Positions 9,136 through 23,873 of a DNA stretch of 64,000 nucleotides are shown here, in pieces. The translations under genes were made by a program, and so were the position numbers. The stretch is from positions 1 to 64,000 of IMG/VR virus record IMGVR_UViG_3300036853_000446. The stretch is one strand, 5' to 3'. The notes below the pieces were generated by a model. The model had not been told where the DNA came from. It did not search any database and saw only the letters and a program-made list of their open reading frames with translations. The number at the start of each line of letters is the position of its first letter. The stretch's first letter is position 1.

Positions 9136-11268
9136 CTACCCGCCGAATATGAGTGAAAACGCAGTGGCAATGCCCGTCACGTCGGGCGCCACGTACGCCA
9201 GGGCAACACCCGCCGAATACCCGCCGGGTCCCGTGGGCGGAATTGTACCTTTCGCGGTGTCGACTTCCCGGACCCATTCGTCGACCGTCCCATTGACCGC
9301 AGGCACGAAGAGGATAAACGCTCCGATCTCGAGCGATTCGACGAAATCCAATACGGAAATCAGCTGCTCGAGAAGCCGCTCGAGCGTGTCGATCTTGCGC
9401 TGCAGCAGACTGATGAAATCCCTCAGCTCTGCGACGACACCACCGAAGGCATCGACGAGGGCCTGGATCTTGTCGAGCAGGCTGTACAGGATCTCTCCCG
9501 ACCACGGCACGATGTCTCGAAGCGGCGAGACCGAGATCCAGTCCGGCGAGACACCACCCCCCGTGAAGGCCCGGAGAAGCGTCACGACCTCGAGAAGAGC
9601 TTGTCTAAAACGCTCGTCGTCATAGGCCTTGACGAAATTCAGCCCCTGCCGCAGGTCGTCGAGATCGGTGCTGGTGAGTTCCGTCAAAGCCTGCTCCAGC
9701 GTCGGCTTCGACAGAAGGGGGTTTGGCTGCTGCAAGAACGTTCGGAAGGAATCGAGGGCAGTACCGCCAACCTCCAGGAATGCAGACCCGATGGCGTCGG
9801 CGAGACGCGCTGACTGTCTACGGACGCCGCGATTCTCCCACGGGAACTCGATAACGGACAGGGTCGCAAGTAGAGCAGCGACCTGCTCTTTCGTCGTGTT
9901 GCGATGGGTCTGCAGGATCTGCACGTACAGATCCTCCGCCGAGAAAGCCGCAACGGGTCCCGCGAGCTTGGTCATCGAGCCCAAGCCGACGGGATCGGTG
10001 GTCTCTTTTACATCGGATAGATCGGAGAGATTTCGATGAAAGTCGCACGTAAAGGCGGCCTGAAAGACGCGCCGGAGATTCCCCATGACGTCGAACGTCG
10101 CGGCATCCCCCGTGCGCAGAGGTGGCAGCCTGACGGCGACGATTGCCGAAGCCCGGCCCACTACGCAAACGGCGCCAGGCTCCTTGGAAGTCGATGGCCA
10201 GTCGACCTTGGGTTCGGAACGACCGCCCTGGGCTTTGGGGTACGCGAAATTGATCTGGCCGTTGCGATTGATGTCGAGGTCCCCGCTGAACGCGCGAACG
10301 CGGTAGTAATAAGTCACGTCGCGCTCGACGTCGGCGTCAACGTAGCGCATGCGACCGAAATAGCCCGTAACGGCGAAGAACACCGTCGGATCGACCACGA
10401 TGCACTCGGTGAACTTGATCACCAGGTCCTCGTACGTGTCTCGAACGAGCGAGCGCTGCAAAACCTTCGAAGTCGTGCCGGCGACCAGCCGCTCGACACT
10501 CTGCTCGACCTTACCCGCCACGGTGGGATCGAGAAGGTTCGACACGTCGATCAAGCCCGCCGCCGGATCGATACCCTCGGATTTTTCGATGAGGTATTTG
10601 GCGGGGACGAACTCGTTCGCGACCCGGCTGATCACGTCGTGAAAGCCTATGTCCGGCGTCTCGGACGAGGTCGGCAAATCCCAGGTAAGGCCGATCCGGT
10701 CCGGGCTGGTCGTGAAGACGTCGAGCAGCGAGAGCAGCGGATCTCCACCGGGCCCCAGAGGCGCGGCCTTCATATTCTGCGGGGGCTCGTAGCGCGGCGA
10801 GATAAAACCTCGCTGGAAGAACAGCATCAGCTGTCTGACTTTCGATAGCAACGTAAACGGGGCGTCGGCGGTCACGAGCATCAACAGGAAACCCCCCTCG
10901 GTCGAGCCCGGCCGTGGCTGCGGACGGCTCGAATCCTTCATGTCGTAGAGGCTCTGCTTGAAGACATTCGTGAAGGCGTCGAAACCCTTGTGGTTGTCGA
11001 AATTCGTGTCCTCGACCGGGTTGGGCACATGGAAGAGCGCGAAGACACCCGTTACTTTGAGGGCAAGGAAGATCTCTTGAATCATTCCGATCAAGGCCTC
11101 GACCAGGGCTCGGACGGGATTCCCGAAGTCGACGAGGAACACCTTGACGGTGTCGAGCAGTGCTTTGAGAACGTCCAAGAGCAACAGAAGCTCCTCGAGA
11201 ACTCTCCGCGCCGGATCTAGTAGGTTCTTGCCCGGAACCTCGATCTGAAGGGACTTCCAATCTGCCAT
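9136..11268 (-). CDS. Hypothetical baseplate-region protein with an FN3-like segment, 710 aa
   Basis: IGLTWDLP...YLIEKS...YVDADVERDVTYYYRVRAF resembles a fibronectin type III pattern; helical termini. Confidence 0.65.
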   Translation of the reverse strand: MADWKSLQIEVPGKNLLDPARRVLEELLLLLDVLKALLDTVKVFLVDFGNPVRALVEALIGMIQEIFLALKVTGVFALFHVPNPVEDTNFDNHKGFDAFTNVFKQSLYDMKDSSRPQPRPGSTEGGFLLMLVTADAPFTLLSKVRQLMLFFQRGFISPRYEPPQNMKAAPLGPGGDPLLSLLDVFTTSPDRIGLTWDLPTSSETPDIGFHDVISRVANEFVPAKYLIEKSEGIDPAAGLIDVSNLLDPTVAGKVEQSVERLVAGTTSKVLQRSLVRDTYEDLVIKFTECIVVDPTVFFAVTGYFGRMRYVDADVERDVTYYYRVRAFSGDLDINRNGQINFAYPKAQGGRSEPKVDWPSTSKEPGAVCVVGRASAIVAVRLPPLRTGDAATFDVMGNLRRVFQAAFTCDFHRNLSDLSDVKETTDPVGLGSMTKLAGPVAAFSAEDLYVQILQTHRNTTKEQVAALLATLSVIEFPWENRGVRRQSARLADAIGSAFLEVGGTALDSFRTFLQQPNPLLSKPTLEQALTELTSTDLDDLRQGLNFVKAYDDERFRQALLEVVTLLRAFTGGGVSPDWISVSPLRDIVPWSGEILYSLLDKIQALVDAFGGVVAELRDFISLLQRKIDTLERLLEQLISVLDFVESLEIGAFILFVPAVNGTVDEWVREVDTAKGTIPPTGPGGYSAGVALAYVAPDVTGIATAFSLIFGG

Positions 11269-11272
11269 GCCG

Positions 11273-11413
11273 TCAACTTCCGTACTTGAGCTTCTCTAGT
11301 TTCCTGCGCTCGCTCTCGAGCTGTTGCCCCGTCGCCTTGATTGCCAACCTGAGGACGTCTGCCGTACGCCGTTGGATTCCGAGCTGTTTGGCGTAACGCC
11401 AGCCAGGCTTCAA
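11273..11413 (-). CDS. Small hypothetical protein, 46 aa (MKPGWRYAKQ...KLEKLKYGS)
   Basis: TTG start overlaps the upstream stop as TTGA (11410-11413). This is the coding-like tail of track ORF 11273..12115, whose 5' part overlaps the 2149-aa gene. Confidence 0.55.
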   Translation of the reverse strand: MKPGWRYAKQLGIQRRTADVLRLAIKATGQQLESERRKLEKLKYGS

Positions 11414-14400
11414 AGGCTCAGCAGCTTGGTCAGGTTCTTTACCGTCGTCTCGAGCGCCTTCTGACGGTTGGCCACCGCCCGGTCCTTCTTCGGGAGGATT
11501 CCCGTCTCCAAGTTGATCCTGCTGTCGATCCATACAAATCTCCCGTCGTAGAGTCGTCCCGAGGACAAGATGTTCTGAAGGGCCTCTATCGAGTTGGCTG
11601 TCCGAACAGCGAGCGCCGCTTCGCGAGTGGTCAGGCTCGAAATGGCCCTCGCATACGCGCCGCCGAGAACGAGCCGCCCCGCTGTTCGCGTAAACGACGA
11701 GTCCACCGTGCTCGCGTTCCGATAGACGAGAATTGGGCATTCGTGCAGCAACCGCTGGTTGCCCGCGCTGACGATGGCCGCCTCCACGTTCTCGAGTGCC
11801 ACCCGTGCCTCGTCGATGGCGGCTGCGGGAATGAGTTCCGGCGTCGCGTCGACCAGAAACCGCTGCAAGGCTACCCGCTCGGGAACGGCGCGACCCGGTA
11901 TCATGTCGGCGCTCGGGTCTTTCGTGAGAACCACGGTCGCGATGCGCGTCGTGCCAGTCGTCCCGACGACCCTGAACTGCTTGGAAAGCGCCTGTTGAGC
12001 GGACGACGCGCGCGTCGCGGTGAGGAGGGCGCTCGTCCCGTTTGCGTTGAAGAGCGGAATCAAAGTCTCGTCGCCGTCCAACGAGTAGAAGCGACTGCCC
12101 GGCGATGATGAGCACAAGAAATTCAAGACGAGATCGCCCGCGTCGACGGACGACAGCCCGGATGCTCCCAACGTCGTCGGTGCCGTCAATACGCTTGCTG
12201 TCCCCACCGAGATGCTCTTCATTGCGCTCAGCTTGAGGGCAAAGACCTTCATGTTGGGTGCCGTGGCCGTAGCCGTCACGACGAGGTTCCCACTGCCCGC
12301 GAGCCCTTCGCCCGCGTAGACGTGTAGGCCAAAGGCCTGCGCGCTTGGCGTCGCGAACTGGGCCGTCAGGGGGCTCCCTGCGAAGGTCAAGCTGGACAAA
12401 CCGCTGTCGACAGCTTCCACGACGACGAAGACGAGCAGCGTCTGGAAAGCGCCCATATCGATCCCGCTCACGGTAATCGTGTGGGCCGTCGCCTGCTCGA
12501 CGATGCGTTCAGAGAAATCGATCAGGTCCTGTCCTTCGAGAGCGCGCAGTTGTTCGCTGAGTGCCAAGACCCACTCATCTTGCAGCGACGACGCCGTGCC
12601 GCCGTAGGTCGCGAGGCTATTGACGACCTGATAACCGATGACCCCGGTGCTAGAGAAAGGACTCACCACCGTGAGCTGCGTGGCCGTTACCGCCGTCACT
12701 TGACGGCGCTCCCCGACCAGTGCCCCGGAGACGGCGACGACGGTGAAACCCGGCTGCACGCCGTTGACAATGAAATTGCCCCCCGCGCTGAAGATGACGT
12801 TCGTCGGAGAGACGGTCCCCGAGCCCGAGGCGACGACCGGCCCCGTCGTGATCTCGAACGTCACCGCCCCCGCTGAGAAATCGAGCGCTGGCTCGAGCGT
12901 GAGGGTCGACCCGCCCACCGCGGAGGCCCGATGGTAGTCGGACATGCCCGCCGTGCCTCCCGTCAGAATGCGGACGAGATCCCCGACCTTTGGCGCAGGG
13001 GCGAGCCAGGCCGCCCCGTGGTCGATGGTCGTCGAGGATGTCACCGTCCCAGCACCGACGAACGACGACGTGACGACCGCCTCGAGCCTTCCTGTCGCTG
13101 CATCGATGAGCGACAGCTCATCCTCGATAGCACCAAGTTCGGCCCCTCCCACCCCCAACGCGGGGAACTGCCGATTGCCGTCGTCATCCGTAGTGCCTCC
13201 ATCCAACGCAGGGAAACGTGCGGGCGAGGTCGTCGTGCCGCATTGAAAGGTCACGTCCAATGCAGCGCCCGCAGCCGGGCTCGAGTTGGGCAAGAAGAAG
13301 ACAGGCACGTCGTCGCTGCGAACATGAGTCAAAAATCCCCCGTCAGTGTCGACACCGACGTCGATGCCGAGATTGAATATCTGGCGGTAGACGTCGTCTA
13401 ACAAGGCCATCCGGATCGTCGCTCCCTCGGGAACCTCGACGCCGACCGGGGCCAAAAGAGTGACGCTGTTCGGCGTAGTCGACACGACCGTAGCCGGGGA
13501 GCCGTCGGCTACGAGCACGGCGCCCTCGCGCGTCGTCATCGCCACCTTGAGGCCCGGCACGACGTTCAGACCGGGCCGTAACAGATAGGCGTCACCTTCT
13601 GCATGGTCAACCTGAAACTCTGTCGAACCGGCGGGCGCAGCCGCCGTGGTTACCGCCCACGGGGAGCGCGTCCTGACAGACGTGACCGACCTGAGGGCAG
13701 TCTCCTGCAGGTCGAAAATCGGATCGCCGGTGGCAAGCCCTGTCGGGTCCGTTGCTTCTCCGAATCGTGTCTTCTGCGTCGGATAAAACCTGCTGTAATT
13801 GGCCGCTTCGAAAGCCCGTCGCGGCGTCGAGCCAAACACCTGGATCAAATCGTCAATTTGATTGGTTGCGTGCGCGAAATGGGTCCGGACGGGATTATCG
13901 AGGTTGCCATCGAACATGAAGCGTCCATCATGATCGCCTACCACTCGCCCGTCCCAACCCTGAAAGTACGACTCGAGGGCATTGATGGCGTTGTTGTAAA
14001 ACTGCAACGTCCGGCGCGCGATCAGGTCTTGGTTCGAGAGGTCGCCTTCTGCAAAGAAGAGACTCGGGTTCCCCTGCTCGTAGAGGGGAGTGCTGCCCGA
14101 GTTCTCGAGAACAGGTCCCTGAGAGGGACTCGCAGCTTTGGCCTCGTCGGCAATCTCGTCCGCCACCTCAGCTCTGAAGTTTGTGAAAGTCTCGACCCGA
14201 TAGAAGAACGTATCCGGAAGATATGCCGTGTAGTCCATCTCCAGGACTTGGTTCAGCATGCCGTTGTCGAGGGATGGGACGATGGTGAATGTCCACGACG
14301 CCTTCGTTCGGCGCCCGGCCTCGATCCGACTCGCTCCCGTGTATAGGATGCCGATTTCTTCATCGAGCCCCAGGCTATCGGTAAGCACGACGCGGCCCGA

Positions 14401-17400
14401 GTCGTCGATCGCGTAATCGCGGTCCAGCACCAGAATCCTGCCCGCCTGTCCTTCCACCTGCCGATAGACAACATGAGGCAAAGCCAACATGGGCGGTCGA
14501 CTCGTTAGAGCCGTCGCGACCGAAGAACCCAGGATCGGTCGGAGGGACTTCAACAGAGTCGTGGGCATGGCATATTGACGGAGCGCCCCATTCGCGAGAA
14601 CGAGCGTCGTTCGAAGATTTGCGGAGTCGAAGAGCGCAGCCTCGACCGAATAGTAGTCTTGAAAGGTCAAAGAGTCAGAGAAGCCAACGACGCTGCCTTG
14701 CGCGTAAATTCGGGAATAGTCTCCGACGAGCTGCAGCTTCTTGGCACCGCGTGCAACGGTGTCATACGCGGCCTCTTCGATGACGAGATACGCGGGGAAC
14801 ACGTCCGGGAAGCGTCGCACCGCTCCCGATGTCACCCTCAGCGGCGGATTGACCAGGTCAGAACGGAAGCACTGGGGACTCGTTTGATCGAGGCTGACCG
14901 TTGTCACCCCGGCTTCGAAGGTCGATCCCGAGGTGAGGTACACCTCCGAACGATCCACTTCGAGTAGGCCGGGTTGAAAGTCTGCCGTACGATCGCCTTC
15001 AATCGTGAACGCGGTAGCGCCTGCATCGACGACGACGCGCACCGTTGCCATGGGGGTGCGGGAAATGGTGAGGTTTCGCTCACCGCCGAGCGCCTCGTGG
15101 ACCTGGTAGTCAATGTGGATATTTTCGAAAGGGATACCGTCGGCCACAAAGGACGGAAGAACGGATGATCCGTGCGGCAGCGCATCCGTGACTTGAGAAT
15201 CCGGCAAGAACGTGACGGTTGAATCCGTCAGATTGAACGTTACTCGATCGCTGCCCTGCTTGCGCCCGCCTCGATAGGCTATCGGTGTAGAAGCGCTGGC
15301 CAATTCACGCCCTGTAGGATTAAAATGCAACGTGGATGTGGGCGTCAGGTGAGGCTGCACCAACTCCTTGGAGACGAGGAACGTCCCGCGCTCCTCGATC
15401 GGAATCTTCGTCGCCCCATCTTCGGAAAAGGTCGTGTAATGAACGAGGACCTCTTCGCGTTCGAGCATACGATCCGCAAGATCGATGAACCCGAGCACTG
15501 GCTGCAGGTTGTACTCGGTACCGGGCCGCAAAGTCAGCGAGACATAGATCGCAGTCCCTGCTGCGATGTCGGCCTCGCTGAAATTGATCGCCCCCGTTGT
15601 AGGATCCACCTCGACGTGCCCTTGGTCCAAGCTCCCGGGCGTCGTAAAGAAGGTCTCGAGAGGCGGCGGCGATAGAAGAACGACTGCCGTCGAGAACCTC
15701 GTCTTACCGAAGCGAAAGCGCACTCGGGACGCAAACGCCGGGTTGATACTCAACCGCGGCTCATTGGTGATGGTGCCGAGCGAGTTAATGCGCTCGACGC
15801 GGGTATTCGGATCGAATGGAAGGACCTCCCTGAAGAAGCGGTCCGCGAGAATCTCTCTGCCACGCCGTATCTCGTATGAGACATCGTTGGGCGTATCGAG
15901 CGGTTTCTCCGGGAAGCTTGGCCGGACCGTAACCGTGGGCGTCGCTACTTCAGTCAGCTCGTAGACGCCCTCTGCGTAGCCGGACTGAATGATGACGAGG
16001 TCGCCCGTCTCGGGCCCGGTCAAATTTCCAGCGACCGTTAGCGTCGGGCCAGACAAGGTGGCCGTGCCCGTCAAGATCGTAAAGCCTTCTGTCTCGACGT
16101 ACGTGACGACACCCGAGCCACGATCGATGATAAAATCCCGATTCTCGACCCGAGCCACGAAGTTGCCGTTGCCCCGAGCACTCTCGAGTGCGAGCGTCAA
16201 TCCCGTCGCGTGGACCGGAGACCCGGGTAACTGTACCATGTTAGGTACGTTGGATATCTCCAAAACCTGATCGTGCCTGTGCTCGGCATACGCAAGCTGA
16301 CGAGCGCCGAAGTCGAGCGTGTAGCCTTTACCGTCTGGAGGGTCCGCCACATCGAGGCGCTGAAGCTCACCAAGGAATGATCCGGTCCCCTGGGTCACCG
16401 TGACCTTCAGGACGCCGATGTCTTCTTCCTCGTCCTCTCCTTCTCGAGGCAGAGCCGGCAGGAATACAAATGGTTGTCCAACCATCGGTTCCGCGAGCGT
16501 CGCCGCTGTCTGCGTATAGAACGCAGTTACGTCCTTGACCCCTGCCGTCCCGTCCGGATTGACGGGACTCCTAAAGAGACGAACGGATATGCCGCGCTCG
16601 ATGAGCACGTCGGGCAACACGGCTTCGACGGTCGCAGCTGCATAAGCAGCCCGGTCGGCTGCCGACAGCTGCACAGCACCCCTGTTACCGCGCTCACTAT
16701 CGAATCTCTGGATCTGCACGTGTCCTTGCTTGCCCGTGGGATCGAAGTCGTCTACGAAATCCGTCTTGGGGAACTGAACGAGCCCAGGAATCCGAAAGTG
16801 GACGTCGCTCGACTCCGAAGGAAGCTCCGATAGGGCCCCGCACGGCGTCGATTGTGCTGCGCCTACCAGCACGGTCGGGACTTGAAAGGTCCCAAAAAAC
16901 ACCCCGTCATAAACCACGGGTTGGCCGCTGTGGGTCGCGAGATCAGCGGCACTGAAGTTTAGCCGACCGGTGTCGAGAGCCCACTCGACCGTGTGCTCCG
17001 AAGGGTCCGAAAAGGCTGCCTCCGTCGCACACTCGACCGTCGTCAGATAGCGCCGGGACCCGATCTGGATCGCGGGACACTGCCCGGTCGCTGGCAACGG
17101 GTTGAGCAGCAACGCCGTCCCGAGCACCCCAAGGATGCCCGTCGTCTCATTCAGCTGATAGAACGACTGTCGTTGATAGTAGACGGGCGCGCCCAAATTT
17201 GTGTCGAGGTCGTCGGCATTCCAGTTCAGGGCGCCGGTCGCATCCATCTCGACGGTGAGCGGCGGCGGCGAACCAAACGAGCTGACCCGTTCCAAGACGA
17301 AGGTCGTGCCGCTACCCGTCGCCCCCACCGAGATACGGACCGGGAACGCCGCCAAGTCGGTCAAAAGCGGGACCGCGGATACCACGAGCCGGGCGGAATT

Positions 17401-17859
17401 GGACTCGCCCGAGAGAGTGCCCACAGCCTCACGGGGAGCCCCCTGGAAAGGCTTGAAGCGTTGGTCCTGCCCAGCGTAGCCGAAACGTTGGAAGGGCACG
17501 TGTATGCCCTCCTGGACGGCCCCCTCGTTCTTAGTCCACCCGAACGTCGCGTCCGGGAGTACGGCGACACCCCCAGGCCCCGTCCCGGTCGCCGGGCCTT
17601 CGCGCAGAGCCTGAACCATGTATTCGGTACGCGGAACAGACTCGTCCGCGGGATAAGCGGCGTCGAATGCGTCTTGATTCGTTATGACGACGTTGGGGCT
17701 GAGCGTGAAGGGTGAGTTGGATCCACCCACCCGCGGGGGCTCGAGGACGTACCCCTTCAGTTGCATGGGCACAGACACGTAGTTCTCCTCTGCCGACACG
17801 ATCGGTAACGGAAGCGGCGGCAAAGGATCCAAGATCCACGTGAGGCTTTGAGAAGTCAT
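11410..17859 (-). CDS. Giant virion structural protein (baseplate/appendage), 2149 aa
   Basis: Longest ORF; beta-rich with internal ~65-aa repeats; located among baseplate genes; no enzymatic motif recognised. Confidence 0.7.
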   Translation of the reverse strand: MTSQSLTWILDPLPPLPLPIVSAEENYVSVPMQLKGYVLEPPRVGGSNSPFTLSPNVVITNQDAFDAAYPADESVPRTEYMVQALREGPATGTGPGGVAVLPDATFGWTKNEGAVQEGIHVPFQRFGYAGQDQRFKPFQGAPREAVGTLSGESNSARLVVSAVPLLTDLAAFPVRISVGATGSGTTFVLERVSSFGSPPPLTVEMDATGALNWNADDLDTNLGAPVYYQRQSFYQLNETTGILGVLGTALLLNPLPATGQCPAIQIGSRRYLTTVECATEAAFSDPSEHTVEWALDTGRLNFSAADLATHSGQPVVYDGVFFGTFQVPTVLVGAAQSTPCGALSELPSESSDVHFRIPGLVQFPKTDFVDDFDPTGKQGHVQIQRFDSERGNRGAVQLSAADRAAYAAATVEAVLPDVLIERGISVRLFRSPVNPDGTAGVKDVTAFYTQTAATLAEPMVGQPFVFLPALPREGEDEEEDIGVLKVTVTQGTGSFLGELQRLDVADPPDGKGYTLDFGARQLAYAEHRHDQVLEISNVPNMVQLPGSPVHATGLTLALESARGNGNFVARVENRDFIIDRGSGVVTYVETEGFTILTGTATLSGPTLTVAGNLTGPETGDLVIIQSGYAEGVYELTEVATPTVTVRPSFPEKPLDTPNDVSYEIRRGREILADRFFREVLPFDPNTRVERINSLGTITNEPRLSINPAFASRVRFRFGKTRFSTAVVLLSPPPLETFFTTPGSLDQGHVEVDPTTGAINFSEADIAAGTAIYVSLTLRPGTEYNLQPVLGFIDLADRMLEREEVLVHYTTFSEDGATKIPIEERGTFLVSKELVQPHLTPTSTLHFNPTGRELASASTPIAYRGGRKQGSDRVTFNLTDSTVTFLPDSQVTDALPHGSSVLPSFVADGIPFENIHIDYQVHEALGGERNLTISRTPMATVRVVVDAGATAFTIEGDRTADFQPGLLEVDRSEVYLTSGSTFEAGVTTVSLDQTSPQCFRSDLVNPPLRVTSGAVRRFPDVFPAYLVIEEAAYDTVARGAKKLQLVGDYSRIYAQGSVVGFSDSLTFQDYYSVEAALFDSANLRTTLVLANGALRQYAMPTTLLKSLRPILGSSVATALTSRPPMLALPHVVYRQVEGQAGRILVLDRDYAIDDSGRVVLTDSLGLDEEIGILYTGASRIEAGRRTKASWTFTIVPSLDNGMLNQVLEMDYTAYLPDTFFYRVETFTNFRAEVADEIADEAKAASPSQGPVLENSGSTPLYEQGNPSLFFAEGDLSNQDLIARRTLQFYNNAINALESYFQGWDGRVVGDHDGRFMFDGNLDNPVRTHFAHATNQIDDLIQVFGSTPRRAFEAANYSRFYPTQKTRFGEATDPTGLATGDPIFDLQETALRSVTSVRTRSPWAVTTAAAPAGSTEFQVDHAEGDAYLLRPGLNVVPGLKVAMTTREGAVLVADGSPATVVSTTPNSVTLLAPVGVEVPEGATIRMALLDDVYRQIFNLGIDVGVDTDGGFLTHVRSDDVPVFFLPNSSPAAGAALDVTFQCGTTTSPARFPALDGGTTDDDGNRQFPALGVGGAELGAIEDELSLIDAATGRLEAVVTSSFVGAGTVTSSTTIDHGAAWLAPAPKVGDLVRILTGGTAGMSDYHRASAVGGSTLTLEPALDFSAGAVTFEITTGPVVASGSGTVSPTNVIFSAGGNFIVNGVQPGFTVVAVSGALVGERRQVTAVTATQLTVVSPFSSTGVIGYQVVNSLATYGGTASSLQDEWVLALSEQLRALEGQDLIDFSERIVEQATAHTITVSGIDMGAFQTLLVFVVVEAVDSGLSSLTFAGSPLTAQFATPSAQAFGLHVYAGEGLAGSGNLVVTATATAPNMKVFALKLSAMKSISVGTASVLTAPTTLGASGLSSVDAGDLVLNFLCSSSPGSRFYSLDGDETLIPLFNANGTSALLTATRASSAQQALSKQFRVVGTTGTTRIATVVLTKDPSADMIPGRAVPERVALQRFLVDATPELIPAAAIDEARVALENVEAAIVSAGNQRLLHECPILVYRNASTVDSSFTRTAGRLVLGGAYARAISSLTTREAALAVRTANSIEALQNILSSGRLYDGRFVWIDSRINLETGILPKKDRAVANRQKALETTVKNLTKLLSL

Positions 17860-17938
17860 GTCTCACTGCAGAGGATTTCGATAAGACACCTAACCGCATA
17901 CTTTTCCTTACCGGCACCCTTCGGCCGGGTTGCCTCGA

Positions 17939-18301
17939 TCATACGAGCGTATCGTCGGCGTAGATGACCGTGAGCGTGAGACCGAGCCCCGAGCCGAATG
18001 CCATGACCTCGTTGAGCGAGCCGACCCCGAGCGCGCGGCGACCTTGACCGCCGTACTGGGCGACGGGAAATGACGCGGCGTTGGCGGGAACGGAAAACCC
18101 AAATGCGACGTCGCTATTGGCGGCGGTGAGGATGGCCGCGACTCCGATGGCGACGTTGAGCGTGATGATGGCGCCCGTCGTGTTGGTCACATAGATGCCG
18201 CGAAAGAAGCGGTTGATGAGCGCCGATGGCGCGAGGATGCGGTTTGTCGGCGTCGTATTGGTAGCGGTGACGGCGAGAGTAATCGAGTTCGGAATGAGCA
18301 T
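17939..18301 (-). CDS. Small beta-rich hypothetical (fibre-associated) protein, 120 aa
   Basis: ATG at 18301 preceded by GGGGAGGAG SD, so preferred to the track start at 18319. Confidence 0.7.
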   Translation of the reverse strand: MLIPNSITLAVTATNTTPTNRILAPSALINRFFRGIYVTNTTGAIITLNVAIGVAAILTAANSDVAFGFSVPANAASFPVAQYGGQGRRALGVGSLNEVMAFGSGLGLTLTVIYADDTLV

Positions 18302-18419
18302 GGAAGGTCTCCTCCCCATGCTCGACGATAAAAGGAACCTCGTTCCGGGCAGTCACGAACTTCTGCTCTTCTTTAGGAAATCTTGTCGACGGTGATGCAT
18401 GCGCCGCTTTGTCTTCTAG

Positions 18420-22250
<3,831 letters not shown>

Positions 22251-22271
22251 CCAATAATCCGAACGATCCGA

Positions 22272-23063
22272 TTATCCAATCACGACACATCTGAACTGAT
22301 TTGTGGTCGGTGCTATCGCGAAGTTGAGACGCACGGCGTTGACCGTGGGACGCGACGTGTCGCAGATGATCTCATCGAGTGCCCCCGAGTTCCTGTACAC
22401 CACAACTTGCACATCATTGGTATTTAGATTGTGTGTGATGTCATACTGAGTCGCGCTTCCATCCCCGAAGTTCGCGGTGACCTTGTGCAGGAGCCCGACA
22501 AAAGTCTTGAGTTTGAGCGGCGTGACAAACTTCGTGTCATCTGTGCCGGTGTCTGTCTCCGCCTGCGTCGCAATTGCGGCGATGCCCGGAGTTGACGTGG
22601 TTGCCGCTGGAGCGACGGTGCCAAACGAGACGAATGCGACGGCGCCGGTACCGAGTACGAAATTGATCGAGGTTTGCCGAAAGGTTGAATTGGCGCTGGT
22701 TCCTTCCTCGATCGTCGTGATCGCCTGCTCGAGTTCATCGCTGGTATTAGCGTCGAGCGCGCGACTTGCCGCAATGGCCGCGCCGTTCCATAGATAGATA
22801 CCGTTTTCGGCGGGCAGCGTCTGCGCACGGACGAGGACGCGGTCGCCAACCACCATTGTCACGCCGTCGATGGTCGCGCCGGGTGCCGAGAGATTTAAAT
22901 TCGCCTGCGTTGCGACTCGGCTGGAGTCCTTCCAGGCGAGCCCCTCGACGGAGCTGTCAACGTAGGCCTTGGTGGCTGCCTCTTGCGCTGCCGCCGGGTT
23001 TGGTAAATTGACGATCTTCGTCGAGTTTAGGAAATCGAGATTACTATGAATTGCTTTGGCCAC
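22272..23063 (-). CDS. Phage fibre/collar-type protein, 263 aa
   Basis: AATKAYVD...WKDSSRVATQANLNL...GDRVLVRAQT...ENGIY is a common phage fibre module; IATQAETDTGTDDTKFVTPLKL is a fibre repeat; C-terminal THNLN domain. Confidence 0.75.
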   Translation of the reverse strand: MAKAIHSNLDFLNSTKIVNLPNPAAAQEAATKAYVDSSVEGLAWKDSSRVATQANLNLSAPGATIDGVTMVVGDRVLVRAQTLPAENGIYLWNGAAIAASRALDANTSDELEQAITTIEEGTSANSTFRQTSINFVLGTGAVAFVSFGTVAPAATTSTPGIAAIATQAETDTGTDDTKFVTPLKLKTFVGLLHKVTANFGDGSATQYDITHNLNTNDVQVVVYRNSGALDEIICDTSRPTVNAVRLNFAIAPTTNQFRCVVIG

Positions 23064-23134
23064 GATGGCGCCCCCAGGTGCTGAGCTGTGTCAGCTGCCT
23101 GGCAATCAAAAGAATCTCGCAAACCTCTCGGAAA

Positions 23135-23731
23135 TCAGGTGAATCGCGCTGTGCCGGCCGTCTGTACGTCAAACATGACGATGGATTGATTGAGGCTCAC
23201 GTGCTGCACGGCGACCTCGATCTCGAGACCTCCGAGCGTCTCGACCGCCCACGAATATGGATGCCGACCAAAGTTGTGGTTGACGATCCATGTCGCCGTC
23301 GCCGGGAACGTTTCGCTGTATGACTCGCCGGCTCCGGCGGGACCCGTAGCTCCTGTCGCTCCGGCGGGACCCGCAGGTCCTGTCGCCCCCGTAGCTCCTG
23401 CGGGACCTGCAACCATGACTACCTCCTCGGAATACAAAACGAGAGTTGGGTTTCCGGGCCACTTAAAGCCGCGCCTCAGCTCAAAGTGCCAGCGTTCGAA
23501 GCCCGGATCGACAACCAGTGAAACGGTGGACCCTGTGTACGGCGCCAGGAAGTCGGTCGCGACGAGTGGATCGCTAGCGAACGCAAGCTCCGAGTGAGCG
23601 ACCCGGGGAAACTTGATCCCTAGGGTAATTTGCCCAAAGTTTGCCTCTGAACGAACGTCGAAGCTGAGGACGTCATCGGGTTCGATATCGGTTCCCGCCG
23701 AGGGAACGACATTCAGGAACTCGAACGCCAC
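23135..23731 (-). CDS. Short collagen-containing fibre-associated protein, 198 aa
   Basis: [13 protein letters not shown] stretch followed by a TWIVNHNFGRHP domain. Confidence 0.7.
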   Translation of the reverse strand: MAFEFLNVVPSAGTDIEPDDVLSFDVRSEANFGQITLGIKFPRVAHSELAFASDPLVATDFLAPYTGSTVSLVVDPGFERWHFELRRGFKWPGNPTLVLYSEEVVMVAGPAGATGATGPAGPAGATGATGPAGAGESYSETFPATATWIVNHNFGRHPYSWAVETLGGLEIEVAVQHVSLNQSIVMFDVQTAGTARFT

Positions 23732-23873
23732 TCGCCGGGCCTTTCGAGTGAGGGGGTCATGACGGCGTTAACTCGTCAGACGGTGTCGTGTTCTTTCAGG
23801 CAGTGACTTTATTACATCTTGCATTTGCATCCTCGCAGATGCTGAGGACGGTGCATCAATGCTTTCTTGCGAT

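Noticed and set aside
23074-23102. Hairpin (CCAGG/CCTGG, AGCTG/CAGCT) just upstream of the 263-aa gene start
   Set aside because: Interrupted and modest in stability for a GC-rich genome; insufficient to call regulatory.
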